DNA of 64,000 bases from Methanothrix sp. (GCA_963682135.1 OY821645.1:2816001-2880000), one strand, 5' to 3'. Shown: positions 40,660 to 50,734, counted from the stretch's first letter. Made by a program: numbers and translations. The notes: a model not told the origin generated them from the sequence alone.

Positions 40660-43600
40660 CTAGCCTTTGTAGCCTAGCTCACGGGCCCTAGCTAAGGCTG
40701 CGTCTGATTCAGAAGAACGACTAAGAAAATAAAGAGCGTCGCTTTTTCCTTTCCAGGCATCTACATGTTTGGGATTCAGTTCAATTGCTTTCTCGAACGC
40801 CTCGATCGAATCATTATATTTTCGCTGGCTATTTAGAGCTCTGCCTTTTGCCGCCCAGTTGTTCGCGTCCCTTGGATTGAGTTCGATAGCCCTGTCATAT
40901 GCTTGAATCGATTCGTTCTTCCGTCCCAGGCTTGCTAGAGGATCTGCCTTGCTGATCCAGTAGCTCGTCTCTTTTGGATTCAGTTCAATCGCTTTCTCAA
41001 AAGCGTCGAGCGATTCGTTATATTTTCGCTGGCTATTTAGAGCTCTTCCTTTTGCCGCCCAGTTGTTCGCGTCCCTTGGATTGAGTTCGATAGCCCTGTC
41101 ATATGCTTGAATCGATTCGTTCTTCCGTCCCAGGCTTGCTAGAGGATCTGCTTTGCTGATCCAGTAGCTCGGTTCTTTTGGATTCAGCTCGATAGCTTTC
41201 TCGAATGCCTCGATCGACTCATTATATTTTCGTTGAGTATTGAGAGCTCTCCCTTTGGCTGCCCAGTTGTTAGCGTCCTTTGGATTGAGTTCGATAGCTC
41301 TGTCATATGCTTGAAGCGACTCGTTCTTCTGTCCCAGGCTTGCGAGGGGATCTGCCTTGCTGATCCAGTAGCTCGTCTCTTTTGGATTCAGTTCAATCGC
41401 TTTCTCAAAAGCGTCGAGCGATTCGTTATATTTTCGCTGGCTATTTAGAGCTCTTCCTTTTGCCGCCCAGTTGTTCGCGTCCCTTGGATTGAGTTCGATA
41501 GCCCTGTCATATGCTTGAATCGATTCGTTCTTCCGTCCCAGGCTTGCTAGAGGATCTGCTTTGCTGATCCAGTAGCTCGGTTCTTTTGGATTCAGCTCGA
41601 TAGCTTTCTCGAATGCCTCGATCGACTCATTATATTTTCGTTGAGTATTGAGAGCTCTCCCTTTGGCTGCCCAGTTGTTAGCGTCCTTTGGATTGAGTTC
41701 GATAGCTCTGTCATATGCTTGAATCGATTCGTTCTTCCGTCCCAGGCTTGCTAGAGGATCTGCTTTGCTGATCCAGTAGCTCGGTTCTTTTGGATTCAGC
41801 TCGATAGCTTTCTCGAATGCCTCGATCGACTCATTATATTTTCGTTGAGTATTGAGAGCTCTCCCTTTGGCTGCCCAGTTGTTAGCGTCCTTTGGATTGA
41901 GTTCGATAGCTCTGTCATATGCTTGAAGCGACTCGTTCTTCTGTCCCAGGCTTGCGAGGGGATCTGCTTTGCTGATCCAGTAGCTCTGTTCTTTTGGATT
42001 CAGCTCGATAGCTTTCTCGAATGCCTCGATCGACTCATTATATTTTCGTTGAGTATTGAGAGCTCTCCCTTTGGCTGCCCAGTTGTTAGCGTCCTTTGGA
42101 TTGAGTTCGATAGCTCTGTCATATGCTTGAAGCGACTCGTTCTTCTGTCCCAGGCTTGCGAGGGGATCTGCTTTGCTGATCCAGTAGCTCTGTTCTTTTG
42201 GATTCAGCTCGATAGCTTTCTCGAATGCCTCGATCGACTCATTATATTTTCGTTGAGTATTGAGAGCTCTCCCTTTGGCTGCCCAGTTGTTAGCGTCCTT
42301 TGGATTGAGTTCGATAGCTCTGTCATATGCTTGAAGCGACTCGTTCTTCTGTCCCAGGCTTGCGAGGGGATCTGCTTTGCTGATCCAGTAGCTCTGTTCT
42401 TTTGGATTCAGCTCGATAGCTTTCTCGAATGCCTCGATCGACTCATTATATTTTCGTTGAGTATTGAGAGCTCTCCCTTTGGCTGCCCAGTTGTTAGCGT
42501 CCTTTGGATTGAGTTCGATAGCTCTGTCATATGCTTGAAGCGACTCGTTCTTCTGTCCCAGGCTTGCGAGGGGATCTGCTTTGCTGATCCAGTAGCTCTG
42601 TTCTTTTGGATTCAGCTCGATAGCTTTCTCAAAGGCGTCGATCGATTCATTATATTTAGCTTGACGATTTAGAGCACTTCCTTTTGCGGCCCAGTTGTTA
42701 GCGTCTCTTGGATTGAGTTCGATAGCTCTGTCATATGCTTGAAGCGACTCGTTCTTCTGTCCCAGGCTTGCGAGGGGATCTGCTTTGCTGATCCAGTAGC
42801 TCTGTTCTTTTGGATTCAGCTCGATAGCTTTCTCAAAGGCGTCGATCGACTCATTATATTTTCGTTGAGTATTGAGAGCTCTCCCTTTGGCTGCCCAGTT
42901 GTTAGCGTCCTTTGGATTGAGTTCGATAGCTCTGTCATATGCTTGAAGCGACTCGTTCTTCTGTCCCAGGCTTGCGAGGGGATCTGCTTTGCTGATCCAG
43001 TAGCTCTGTTCTTTTGGATTCAGCTCGATAGCTTTCTCAAAAGCGTCGATCGATTCATTATATTTAGCTTGACGATTTAGAGCACTTCCTTTTGCGGCCC
43101 AGTTGTTAGCGTCTCTTGGATTGAGTTCGATAGCTCTGTCATATGCTTGAAGCGACTCGTTCTTTCGTCCCAGGCTTGCGAGGGGATCTGCTTTGCTGAT
43201 CCAGTAGCTCTGTTCTTTTGGATTCAGCTCGATAGCTTTCTCAAAGGCGTCGATCGACTCATTATATTTTCGTTGAGTATTGAGAGCTCTCCCTTTGGCT
43301 GCCCAGTTGTTAGCGTCCTTTGGATTGAGTTCGATAGCTCTGTCATATGCTTGAAGCGACTCGTTCTTCTGTCCCAGGCTTGCGAGGGGATCTGCTTTTC
43401 TGATCCAGTAGCTCTGTTCTTTTGGATTCAGCTCGATAGCTTTCTCAAAAGCGTCGATCGATTCATTATATTTAGCTTGACGATTTAGAGCACTTCCTTT
43501 TGCGGCCCAGTTGTTAGCGTCTCTTGGATTGAGTTCGATAGCTCTGTCATATGCTTGAAGCGACTCGTTCTTTCGTCCCAGGCTTGCGAGGGGATCTGCT

Positions 43601-46317
43601 TTGCTGATCCAGTAGCTCTGTTCTTTTGGATTCAGCTCGATAGCTTTCTCAAAGGCGTCGATCGACTCATTATATTTTCGTTGAGTATTGAGAGCTCTCC
43701 CTTTGGCTGCCCAGTTGTTAGCGTCCTTTGGATTGAGTTCGATAGCTCTGTCATATGCTTGAAGCGACTCGTTCTTCTGTCCCAGGCTTGCGAGGGGATC
43801 TGCCTTGCTGATCCAGTAGCTCGTCTCTTTTGGATTCAGTTCAATCGCTTTCTCAAAAGCGTCGAGCGATTCGTTATATTTTCGCTGGCTATTTAGAGCT
43901 CTTCCTTTGGCTGCCCAGTTGTTAGCGTCCCTTGGATTGAGTTCGATAGCCCTGTCATATGCTTGAATCGATTCGTTCTTCCGTCCCAGGCTTGCTAGAG
44001 GATCTGCCTTGCTGATCCAGTAGCTCGTCTCTTTTGGATTCAGTTCAATCGCTTTCTCAAAAGCGTCGATCGATTCGTTATATTTTCGCTGGCTATTTAG
44101 AGCTCTTCCTTTTGCGGCCCAGTTGTTCGCGTCCTTTGGATTGAGTTCGGTAGCTTTGTCATATGCTTGAAGCGACTCGTTCTTCTGTCCCAGGCTTGCG
44201 AGGGGATCTGCTTTGCTGATCCAGTAGCTCTGTTCTTTTGGATTCAGCTCGATAGCTTTCTCGAATGCCTCGATCGACTCATTATATTTTCGTTGAGTAT
44301 TGAGAGCTCTCCCTTTGGCTGCCCAGTTGTTAGCGTCCTTTGGATTGAGTTCGATAGCTCTGTCATATGCTTGAAGCGACTCGTTCTTCTGTCCCAGGCC
44401 TGCGAGGGGATCTGCTTTGCTGATCCAGTAGCTCTGTTCTTTTGGATTCAGCTCGATAGCTTTCTCAAAGGCGTCGATCGACTCATTATATTTTCGTTGA
44501 GTATTGAGAGCTCTCCCTTTGGCTGCCCAGTTGTTAGCGTCCTTTGGATTGAGTTCGATAGCTCTGTCATATGCTTGAAGCGACTCGTTCTTTCGTCCCA
44601 GGCCTGCGAGGGGATCTGCTTTGCTGATCCAGTAGCTCTGTTCTTTTGGATTCAGCTCGATAGCTTTCTCGAATGCCTCGATCGACTCATTATATTTAGC
44701 TTGACGATTTAGAGCACTTCCTTTTGCGGCCCAGTTGTTAGCGTCTCTTGGATTGAGTTCGATTGCGTTGTTATAAGCCTGAAGTGATTCGTTCTTCTTT
44801 CCCAGACTGGATAAGACGCCCGCCTTTGCACTCCAGTAGCTCGGTTCCCTGGGATTAAGCTTGATGGCTTTCTCGAAAGCATTGAGCGATTCATTATATT
44901 TTCTTTGACTATTGAGAACTCTACCTTTGCCCGCCCAATTATTTCCGTCTCTTGGATTGAGTTCGATTGCCCTGTCATAGGCCTTGAGTGACTCGTTGAT
45001 CTTCCTCTGGTTGAAAAGAGTCTGCCCTTTCGTAGACCAGGCATTGGGATCTGTTGGGTCTGTGGTATACTTTGGATTGCTTGCATAATCTGGATTTATC
45101 TTGATGGCTCTGTTATAAGCATCAATTGATTCACTGTAATTGCCCAGGTCTTCCAGAATTTCGCCCTTCTTGATCCATATGCTTGCATCCGTTGGATCTA
45201 ATTCGAAGGCTCTATCATACGCTGCGAATGATTCATTGTATCTGCCCAGCAAATAGCGGATATTTCCCGCATTTTTCCAAGCCGTTATATATTCCGGATT
45301 AATCTCGAGCGCATTTTCATAGTTCTCACTGGCCTCTTCCTTATTTCCCAGCATGCCAAGCATATCGCCCTTCTTATTCCAGGCCAGCGCATTTTTTGCG
45401 TCTATTTCTATTGAATGGTTGTAAGATTCGAGGGACTTATTATAATCACCCGTTCTTTCATAATTAAGGCCCTTGATGACCCATGCATTCGCATCTTTCG
45501 GATTATTAATATTATCTTTGTGCCCCGGATATTTTGCAGAAACCATTGTAGCTTTATCATATGCACTGGCCGCATCAGCATGCTTTTCTTGCAAGCTTTT
45601 CACATTGCCTTTGCCAATCCATGCCAGTGCCAGTTCCCGTTCCAGCCGGATGGCTTTCTCATAAGCTTGCAGGGATTCATTATGCATTCCTATGCTTTCT
45701 AGCGCGTTGCCTTTGCCATACCAGGCCATCGCCAATCTCGGATCTAACTCAATAGCTTTATCGTAAGCCTTAATCGAATCATTCTGCTTTTCCAGGGTTT
45801 CAAGCACATTGCCTTTGCCGTTCCAGGCCTGGGCAAATGTTGGATTCAATTCGATGGCCTTGTCATAGGCTCTGGCGGATTCGGCAAAGGATCCCAAATT
45901 TTGCAGTGCATCTCCCAGGCTGTTCCATGCATTCGCAGAATCCGCCTCCAGTTCAATAGCTTTGTTATAAGCATTGATGGAATCATCATACAAACCAAAC
46001 TCCAAGAACGCATTGCCCAGGTCACTCCATGCAGTTGCAGAATCCGGTTCCAGCTCGATAGCTTTTTCATAAGCTCTAATGGAATCATTATACAATCCTA
46101 TTTCCAGGAGCACATAACCTCTGTCGCTCCATGCCGCTGAAAGATTCGGATCTAACTCGATTGATTTATTATAAGCTTTGATGGCTTGGTCATAGGATCT
46201 TATCTTGGCAAAATCGTCTCCTATTTTAAGCCAATCACTGGATGAATATCCCTGAGCGGCCATCAAGGGACAAAGCGCGATTAGTGATATCAAAACCATG
46301 ATAAATATATACTTCAT
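40660..46317 (-). CDS. Giant secreted TPR protein (1885 aa)
   Basis: Signal peptide MKYIFIMVLISLIALCPLMAA and 34-aa TPR periodicity (W..KG..L....Y.ES..A...AIELNP). Confidence 0.92.
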   Translation of the reverse strand: MKYIFIMVLISLIALCPLMAAQGYSSSDWLKIGDDFAKIRSYDQAIKAYNKSIELDPNLSAAWSDRGYVLLEIGLYNDSIRAYEKAIELEPDSATAWSDLGNAFLEFGLYDDSINAYNKAIELEADSANAWNSLGDALQNLGSFAESARAYDKAIELNPTFAQAWNGKGNVLETLEKQNDSIKAYDKAIELDPRLAMAWYGKGNALESIGMHNESLQAYEKAIRLERELALAWIGKGNVKSLQEKHADAASAYDKATMVSAKYPGHKDNINNPKDANAWVIKGLNYERTGDYNKSLESYNHSIEIDAKNALAWNKKGDMLGMLGNKEEASENYENALEINPEYITAWKNAGNIRYLLGRYNESFAAYDRAFELDPTDASIWIKKGEILEDLGNYSESIDAYNRAIKINPDYASNPKYTTDPTDPNAWSTKGQTLFNQRKINESLKAYDRAIELNPRDGNNWAGKGRVLNSQRKYNESLNAFEKAIKLNPREPSYWSAKAGVLSSLGKKNESLQAYNNAIELNPRDANNWAAKGSALNRQAKYNESIEAFEKAIELNPKEQSYWISKADPLAGLGRKNESLQAYDRAIELNPKDANNWAAKGRALNTQRKYNESIDAFEKAIELNPKEQSYWISKADPLAGLGQKNESLQAYDRAIELNPKDANNWAAKGRALNTQRKYNESIEAFEKAIELNPKEQSYWISKADPLASLGQKNESLQAYDKATELNPKDANNWAAKGRALNSQRKYNESIDAFEKAIELNPKETSYWISKADPLASLGRKNESIQAYDRAIELNPRDANNWAAKGRALNSQRKYNESLDAFEKAIELNPKETSYWISKADPLASLGQKNESLQAYDRAIELNPKDANNWAAKGRALNTQRKYNESIDAFEKAIELNPKEQSYWISKADPLASLGRKNESLQAYDRAIELNPRDANNWAAKGSALNRQAKYNESIDAFEKAIELNPKEQSYWIRKADPLASLGQKNESLQAYDRAIELNPKDANNWAAKGRALNTQRKYNESIDAFEKAIELNPKEQSYWISKADPLASLGRKNESLQAYDRAIELNPRDANNWAAKGSALNRQAKYNESIDAFEKAIELNPKEQSYWISKADPLASLGQKNESLQAYDRAIELNPKDANNWAAKGRALNTQRKYNESIDAFEKAIELNPKEQSYWISKADPLASLGQKNESLQAYDRAIELNPRDANNWAAKGSALNRQAKYNESIDAFEKAIELNPKEQSYWISKADPLASLGQKNESLQAYDRAIELNPKDANNWAAKGRALNTQRKYNESIEAFEKAIELNPKEQSYWISKADPLASLGQKNESLQAYDRAIELNPKDANNWAAKGRALNTQRKYNESIEAFEKAIELNPKEQSYWISKADPLASLGQKNESLQAYDRAIELNPKDANNWAAKGRALNTQRKYNESIEAFEKAIELNPKEQSYWISKADPLASLGQKNESLQAYDRAIELNPKDANNWAAKGRALNTQRKYNESIEAFEKAIELNPKEPSYWISKADPLASLGRKNESIQAYDRAIELNPKDANNWAAKGRALNTQRKYNESIEAFEKAIELNPKEPSYWISKADPLASLGRKNESIQAYDRAIELNPRDANNWAAKGRALNSQRKYNESLDAFEKAIELNPKETSYWISKADPLASLGQKNESLQAYDRAIELNPKDANNWAAKGRALNTQRKYNESIEAFEKAIELNPKEPSYWISKADPLASLGRKNESIQAYDRAIELNPRDANNWAAKGRALNSQRKYNESLDAFEKAIELNPKETSYWISKADPLASLGRKNESIQAYDRAIELNPRDANNWAAKGRALNSQRKYNDSIEAFEKAIELNPKHVDAWKGKSDALYFLSRSSESDAALARARELGYKG
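40770..44770 (-). repeat. ~20 near-identical 204-bp tandem repeats (two TPRs each)
   Basis: Unit marker recurs every 204 bp from ~40825 to ~44701. Three alleles (NTQRK, NSQRK, NRQAK). Confidence 0.95.
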
Positions 46318-46395
46318 ATCGCACCTTAGGACTGGTACTCATCTTCACATCATGTTATCTGTGGTTGATAATAATAGCTATATAATAATTAACCG

Positions 46396-46493
46396 CTAAA
46401 ACTTCGGCTATCCAGTCATCCCTCTTATCATGGCCTCAATTCAGACGATGACCGATATAGCCGTCAATTGCAATTGTTTTCCTAGCTACTTTC
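46396..46493 (-). promoter_or_regulatory. Repeated leader module copy B (no TATA, sORF frameshifted)
   Basis: CGGCTATCCAGTCATCCCTCTTATCATGGCCTCAATTCAGACGATGACCGATATAGCCGTCAA, with homology continuing to ~46493. Confidence 0.55.
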
Positions 46494-46686
46494 TCAACGC
46501 ATGACTTTCCATGGCAAGCACCAGTCCTGCTTATCTCATCCTGAGAATTCTGCAGAATAAACGATTGACGGCCTTGGCCGGTCGCGGCCTTGAGCGACGC
46601 CCGAGGCATTGCGCGGGAGGCCAGCAGGCCGACTCGCGGCACCCCGGAAACAGATGCGCTGTAAATGTCTATATCAAATAGTCATA

Positions 46687-46839
46687 TTAAAAACAGATGT
46701 CTAAAGCCCCGGCTATCCAGTCATCCCCTCTTATCATGGCCTCAATTCAGACGATGACCGATATGGCAGTCAAGATCAACCGTTCTTCTTACCTGCTTTC
46801 CTATTTTCGGTAGTGAAATAAAAGGCTTTCGTCTCGCAT
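46687..46839 (-). promoter_or_regulatory. Repeated leader module copy C (BRE/TATA, hairpin, 16-codon sORF)
   Basis: Inverted copy of 116-269. GAAAGCCTTTTATTT on the minus strand. ATG46737..TAA46687 encodes MIRGDDWIAGALDICF. Confidence 0.6.
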
Positions 46840-46972
46840 GCACGATCCTGGAGATTTCGGACAGGTGCACAATTTTTTAGCATTCGCATATTCCGCCTTC
46901 ACATCACCCAGCTTGCCTTATCATGCTGTGCATTCGCCATTGTTTTATATTTACAGTATCAACAACTGGTGT

Positions 46973-48415
46973 ATGACCGGAAGGGCAAGAAATCATCTCA
47001 TTAAAAATGCATATTTTAAAGAAAATAAGGGCATTAAAATTCTGCATCTGAAGGGCAGTCCCTACGAGATCGGCTATCAGCACGGCTTTCTCTTAGCCGC
47101 CAAGATTGAGCTGATGATCAAGAGAACCCTTCTGGCAACCATAGCTTACGTCGCCCAGCAGACCGGCTCGGATCTCAAGCGGGCAGAGGAAATGATATGG
47201 ATCGGCCAGCAAAAGGCAGAACCCCTCATCCCCCAGGAATCTAAGGATGAGATGAGGGGAATTGCCGATGGTGCAAAAGACGCCGGAGCGGATGTGACCA
47301 TGCAGGATATCCTGCTCTGGAATACTAATTATGATCAATGGTGCATCTACGCTCATCCTCATTACTGGCAATGTGACGCCGGATCAAACACAAATGGCAA
47401 GACCATTCCTGATGCCAATTCTCCGATGCCTGTTCCCTCCGGCGGCTGCAGCAGCTTTTGTGCCTGGGATGAATGGGCTGGAGGAGACGGAAGGCTGATC
47501 TTCGGCAAGAATGAAGACAATTTCAATATGCCTGAGCAGTTGGATAACCGCATGATGGTCATAGCCGACCCTGATGACGGATTCGGCCATGCATTCATGA
47601 CCTATCCCGGCATGATCGGGCTTGATGGCGGCCTGAACGAGGACGGATTTGAGATGATGACCCAGCTGAATTCCATGCAAGATGAAAGCATGCAAGGCTG
47701 CGGCATAGCCATATTCACTCGATATCTTCTGACCCATGCCGGCACGATAGACGATGCCGTCAAGATCTTCCGGGAGACGCCGCGCTCTGCCGGCATTGCC
47801 TATCATGTAGCAGACGGCAAAGCCAAAAAGGCCGCCGTAGTAGAAACGTCCTCCAAGATGGTCTCTGTCCGCTATCCAATGGAAAATGTCAAAGCCTTGT
47901 GGCAGACCAATCATTCCAACTGCTATCCCGGCTGGATGGGCTATTCGGGTTACAACATGGTAGCCGATCAGCAGCCGGTTAATGAGCTCAAGGATATATC
48001 CACAATTGAGAGTTGGCAGAATAGCCTCAAGGACCCTTACAACTTTTATGTTCAGGCTCCCAGCCGCTTCGAAAGATACGGCCAGCTGATACATCAGTAC
48101 TACGGTCGAATAAATGTAGAAAATGCCATAAAAATATTAGGTGATCGCTACGATCCTTACACCCGGGTAACCCGTCCGGTCAATTTCGCCTCCTGGACAA
48201 ACAACATCCTCTGCTCAATATGCGCCCTATATCCTGATTTTGCCTATCAGGCCAGGGAGCCGGTGGGCAAGTTCAAAGCCCATATCGCCAATATGTGGAG
48301 CTTTATTGCTTATCCGGAAACGGGCGATCTCTGGCTGGCAATAAGAGATTTTCCTGCCCAGTACGGCGGATACGAATATTTCAACTTGCAGGAGCTGCTG
48401 GGTTCTTTGCGTTAA
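46973..48415 (+). CDS. C45-family Ntn-hydrolase (acyl-CoA:6-APA acyltransferase-like)
   Basis: LKGSPYEIGYQHG, EMRGIADG, GGCSSF (autocleavage Cys), GKNED, QTNH. TATA TTTTATAT near 46943. Confidence 0.8.
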   Translation: MTGRARNHLIKNAYFKENKGIKILHLKGSPYEIGYQHGFLLAAKIELMIKRTLLATIAYVAQQTGSDLKRAEEMIWIGQQKAEPLIPQESKDEMRGIADGAKDAGADVTMQDILLWNTNYDQWCIYAHPHYWQCDAGSNTNGKTIPDANSPMPVPSGGCSSFCAWDEWAGGDGRLIFGKNEDNFNMPEQLDNRMMVIADPDDGFGHAFMTYPGMIGLDGGLNEDGFEMMTQLNSMQDESMQGCGIAIFTRYLLTHAGTIDDAVKIFRETPRSAGIAYHVADGKAKKAAVVETSSKMVSVRYPMENVKALWQTNHSNCYPGWMGYSGYNMVADQQPVNELKDISTIESWQNSLKDPYNFYVQAPSRFERYGQLIHQYYGRINVENAIKILGDRYDPYTRVTRPVNFASWTNNILCSICALYPDFAYQAREPVGKFKAHIANMWSFIAYPETGDLWLAIRDFPAQYGGYEYFNLQELLGSLR

Positions 48416-48455
48416 TTTGATTGCCAAGGACGAAGCGGGAAGTCCTCTCGCGCCA

Positions 48456-48818
48456 CTATTTCGCTGTTGGGTCCATCTCCCAGATACCAAAGGGGTTGTT
48501 TTCAGTATCCATACAGACTATAAAATATCCCATTCCGGGAACGGCTTTCTTGGGGACGATTATCTTTCCGCCCAGCTTTTCTATTTTCGCTGCGTAATCA
48601 TCCACGGATGGCACTCCTATGTAGTTTATAATTTGTTGGTCGGGGTGCATTCTCTTCATCATACCCCCACCGGGAGCGCCATAGACATCGATCATCATAT
48701 AATCCATGCCTGGCATGCCTGCTATATTCCATCCGAATAGGTTGGAATAGAATGTTTTTGCCCTCTGCATATCATCAGCAGGTATCTCAAAGTGTACTAT
48801 GCTTGCCATTTTCTTCAT
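48456..48818 (-). CDS. VOC/glyoxalase family protein
   Basis: IVHFEIPADD..RAKTFY..LFGW, DTENNPFGIWE. Confidence 0.9.
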   Translation of the reverse strand: MKKMASIVHFEIPADDMQRAKTFYSNLFGWNIAGMPGMDYMMIDVYGAPGGGMMKRMHPDQQIINYIGVPSVDDYAAKIEKLGGKIIVPKKAVPGMGYFIVCMDTENNPFGIWEMDPTAK

Positions 48819-48835
48819 TCCTCCATTGTTCCTTA

Positions 48836-49030
48836 TGACTATTTCTTGATCATTTCATCCCTGAATTGAATATGCCTTCACGATCTTCAACTGTCTGGAA
48901 TAAATCTGTGACCCTCCGCTTCGTCTTGCCCTCGAACTCATCGAATCTCGACGTCTCAAGTAATACATGTTCCGGCGTACCAGCAAATTCAAACGTTATG
49001 GAAAGCATACTTATTTCCATCCTGGTCGCG
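48836..49030 (-). pseudogene. SRPBCC (AHSA1-like) C-terminal remnant
   Basis: Minus-strand TFEFAGTPEHVLLETSRFDEFEGKTK...FQTVEDREGIFNSGM then a stop. No intact 5' end. Confidence 0.5.
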
Positions 49031-49133
49031 CTGGATGAATCGCCAGACTCCTCTAATGGAAACGTTACTGTTTATCCTGAGCCAATGGCAAATCCTTAAT
49101 TATCAGGCCGATAAGAAACCGACGGTGAAAAAC

Positions 49134-49568
49134 ATGTCAAGAAGCTGCAAGCTTGTGCTCTTATTCCTCGCAGTATCGATTCTATCGATCTCGGCTCAGG
49201 CAGAGAGCAATTACAGTGTGAACCTTACGTCAGACAAGTTTCTAGGCTACTATCTGGTGAACCAGAGCGGTTTTGCTCTTTATTACTTCTCAGATGACGG
49301 CAGCGCAGGCGGCATTAGCGCCTGTTACGACGATTGTGCTTCCAAATGGCCCCCCTTCTATGCCGAGACAATAACTGTGCCGGACAGTCTGAGAACCGCT
49401 GACTTTGCCGCCATAACCAGAACCGATGGATCAAAGCAGACCACATTCAAGGGCTGGCCGCTCTACCTCTATTCCCTGGACCAAGCCCCCGGAGATCTCT
49501 TTGGAAACGGAAGGGAAGATAATCTCTGGCATATAGTCGACCCTCAGGATCAGCCTCAGCTCTTCTAG
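49134..49568 (+). CDS. Secreted COG4315 / Lipoprotein_15 repeat protein
   Basis: Signal peptide, GFALYYF..D...CYDDCASKWPP, QTTFKGWPLY. Confidence 0.85.
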   Translation: MSRSCKLVLLFLAVSILSISAQAESNYSVNLTSDKFLGYYLVNQSGFALYYFSDDGSAGGISACYDDCASKWPPFYAETITVPDSLRTADFAAITRTDGSKQTTFKGWPLYLYSLDQAPGDLFGNGREDNLWHIVDPQDQPQLF

Positions 49569-49967
49569 AGTCCAACCATTATAAAGGATGGATAGCCGGG
49601 GGCAGAGGCACGAGCTGCCATCCTTTTTAGGATCAGAGGAAATCTTTGGTCAGCAAACTAACCCTGCCTTCAGGTACAGCCAAATGCTGCGACTGAGGCG
49701 AAGTGCTCAGGTCATGGATGGCGGGAGCAGCATGCCGCTGCATAGCTTCTTTGCCGGCTTGAGGATTTCGTCCGGGAGAGCCCCTCGCGCACACCCCGCG
49801 ATATTGAGCTTTATATCATTTTCACCGTGGGAAGGGCTCTTGATGATGCGAGGCTAATAGACCTGCTCGCCTATGATTAGCGCCTGGCGCGTTCCGCCAG
49901 TTGTGGTCTGATTTTCTCACCAAAAGACCAAAAGAATGAAATGGATTGAAAAACAGTTGCAATAGCA

Positions 49968-50606
49968 ATGCGCGCAGAATTAATCCTGGTCCTGGTGCTA
50001 AGCCTTGCGGCGCCGGCATTTGCAGCTTATGAATCCGGACCGGTTGGACCATATAATGTATCTTTTGATATGAATACTACAAAGGATTACAGAGTCATCG
50101 TTGAAGCGCCCACTCACGGTGTCACCTCTTTGGGAGTGAACTTTCAGAGATACAACCTAACCGTAGATAGCGCTGATAACCTTGCCTGGCTGGTCCTGAC
50201 TCGTTATGAAGAGCCAATGGTCGCCAATATCACTGCTAACGAATATATTGTGTACAGCGCTCTCATAAGTGCCGGCGCGGATAAGCCCAATCTCTACCAG
50301 CCGGTAATCGACGGAAAGCCGGGTGTGCTGGGCAATTTCAGATTTGAGAGACAATTCTTAGGCCAGGGACAATATCAGGAAGGCGATCTCATCGTCGCGG
50401 CCAGCTACTCTCCGGATGCAAGAATTGACGAGGATGGAGTCTACTGGGGAAGGACCGACTGCCGCATCATATCCACCTTCCCCTGGGAGATCATCAGGGA
50501 CCTGCTTTACACCCTGCATGTTGAGGTGCCCGAAGAAGAAGGCGCGCCCCTCAACCCAGCTAACCCATCCCCTTCCGCAAACCAGACCTCTCTCACTAAC
50601 CAATAA
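49968..50606 (+). CDS. Secreted hypothetical protein
   Basis: Signal peptide, GPYNVSFDM, STFPW, several NxS/T sequons. Confidence 0.75.
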   Translation: MRAELILVLVLSLAAPAFAAYESGPVGPYNVSFDMNTTKDYRVIVEAPTHGVTSLGVNFQRYNLTVDSADNLAWLVLTRYEEPMVANITANEYIVYSALISAGADKPNLYQPVIDGKPGVLGNFRFERQFLGQGQYQEGDLIVAASYSPDARIDEDGVYWGRTDCRIISTFPWEIIRDLLYTLHVEVPEEEGAPLNPANPSPSANQTSLTNQ

Positions 50607-50708
50607 AAGGCAAACATATCGCGTTCTCATGGGATTGACAGACATCCGGTCCATCACTCAAAGCCTGGAAAAAGGCGTTTTTGGTATGCACAGCTGCATA
50701 TAGGGTTC

Positions 50709-50734
50709 ATGTAGACATTAGGTGATGTCTACAT
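50709..50734. promoter_or_regulatory. Palindromic operator upstream of a TATA box
   Basis: ATGTAGACAT-N6-ATGTCTACAT directly before AAAAATCACCTTTTAATAT. Confidence 0.5.

Noticed and set aside
41233-44712. Repetitive + strand ORFs (SIESSPFGCPVV...)
   Set aside because: Antisense shadows of the TPR repeat array.
40770-44770. CRISPR array or DGR template/variable repeats
   Set aside because: Contiguous in-frame 204-bp units without unique spacers. No cas or reverse transcriptase, and variation is not adenine-specific.
46838-46972. ORF-track start of the C45 gene
   Set aside because: It overlaps the divergent promoters. TATA and RBS support ATG 46973.
49588-49605. GGATAGCCGGGG match to the leader module
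   Set aside because: Only ~12 bp with no flanking homology.
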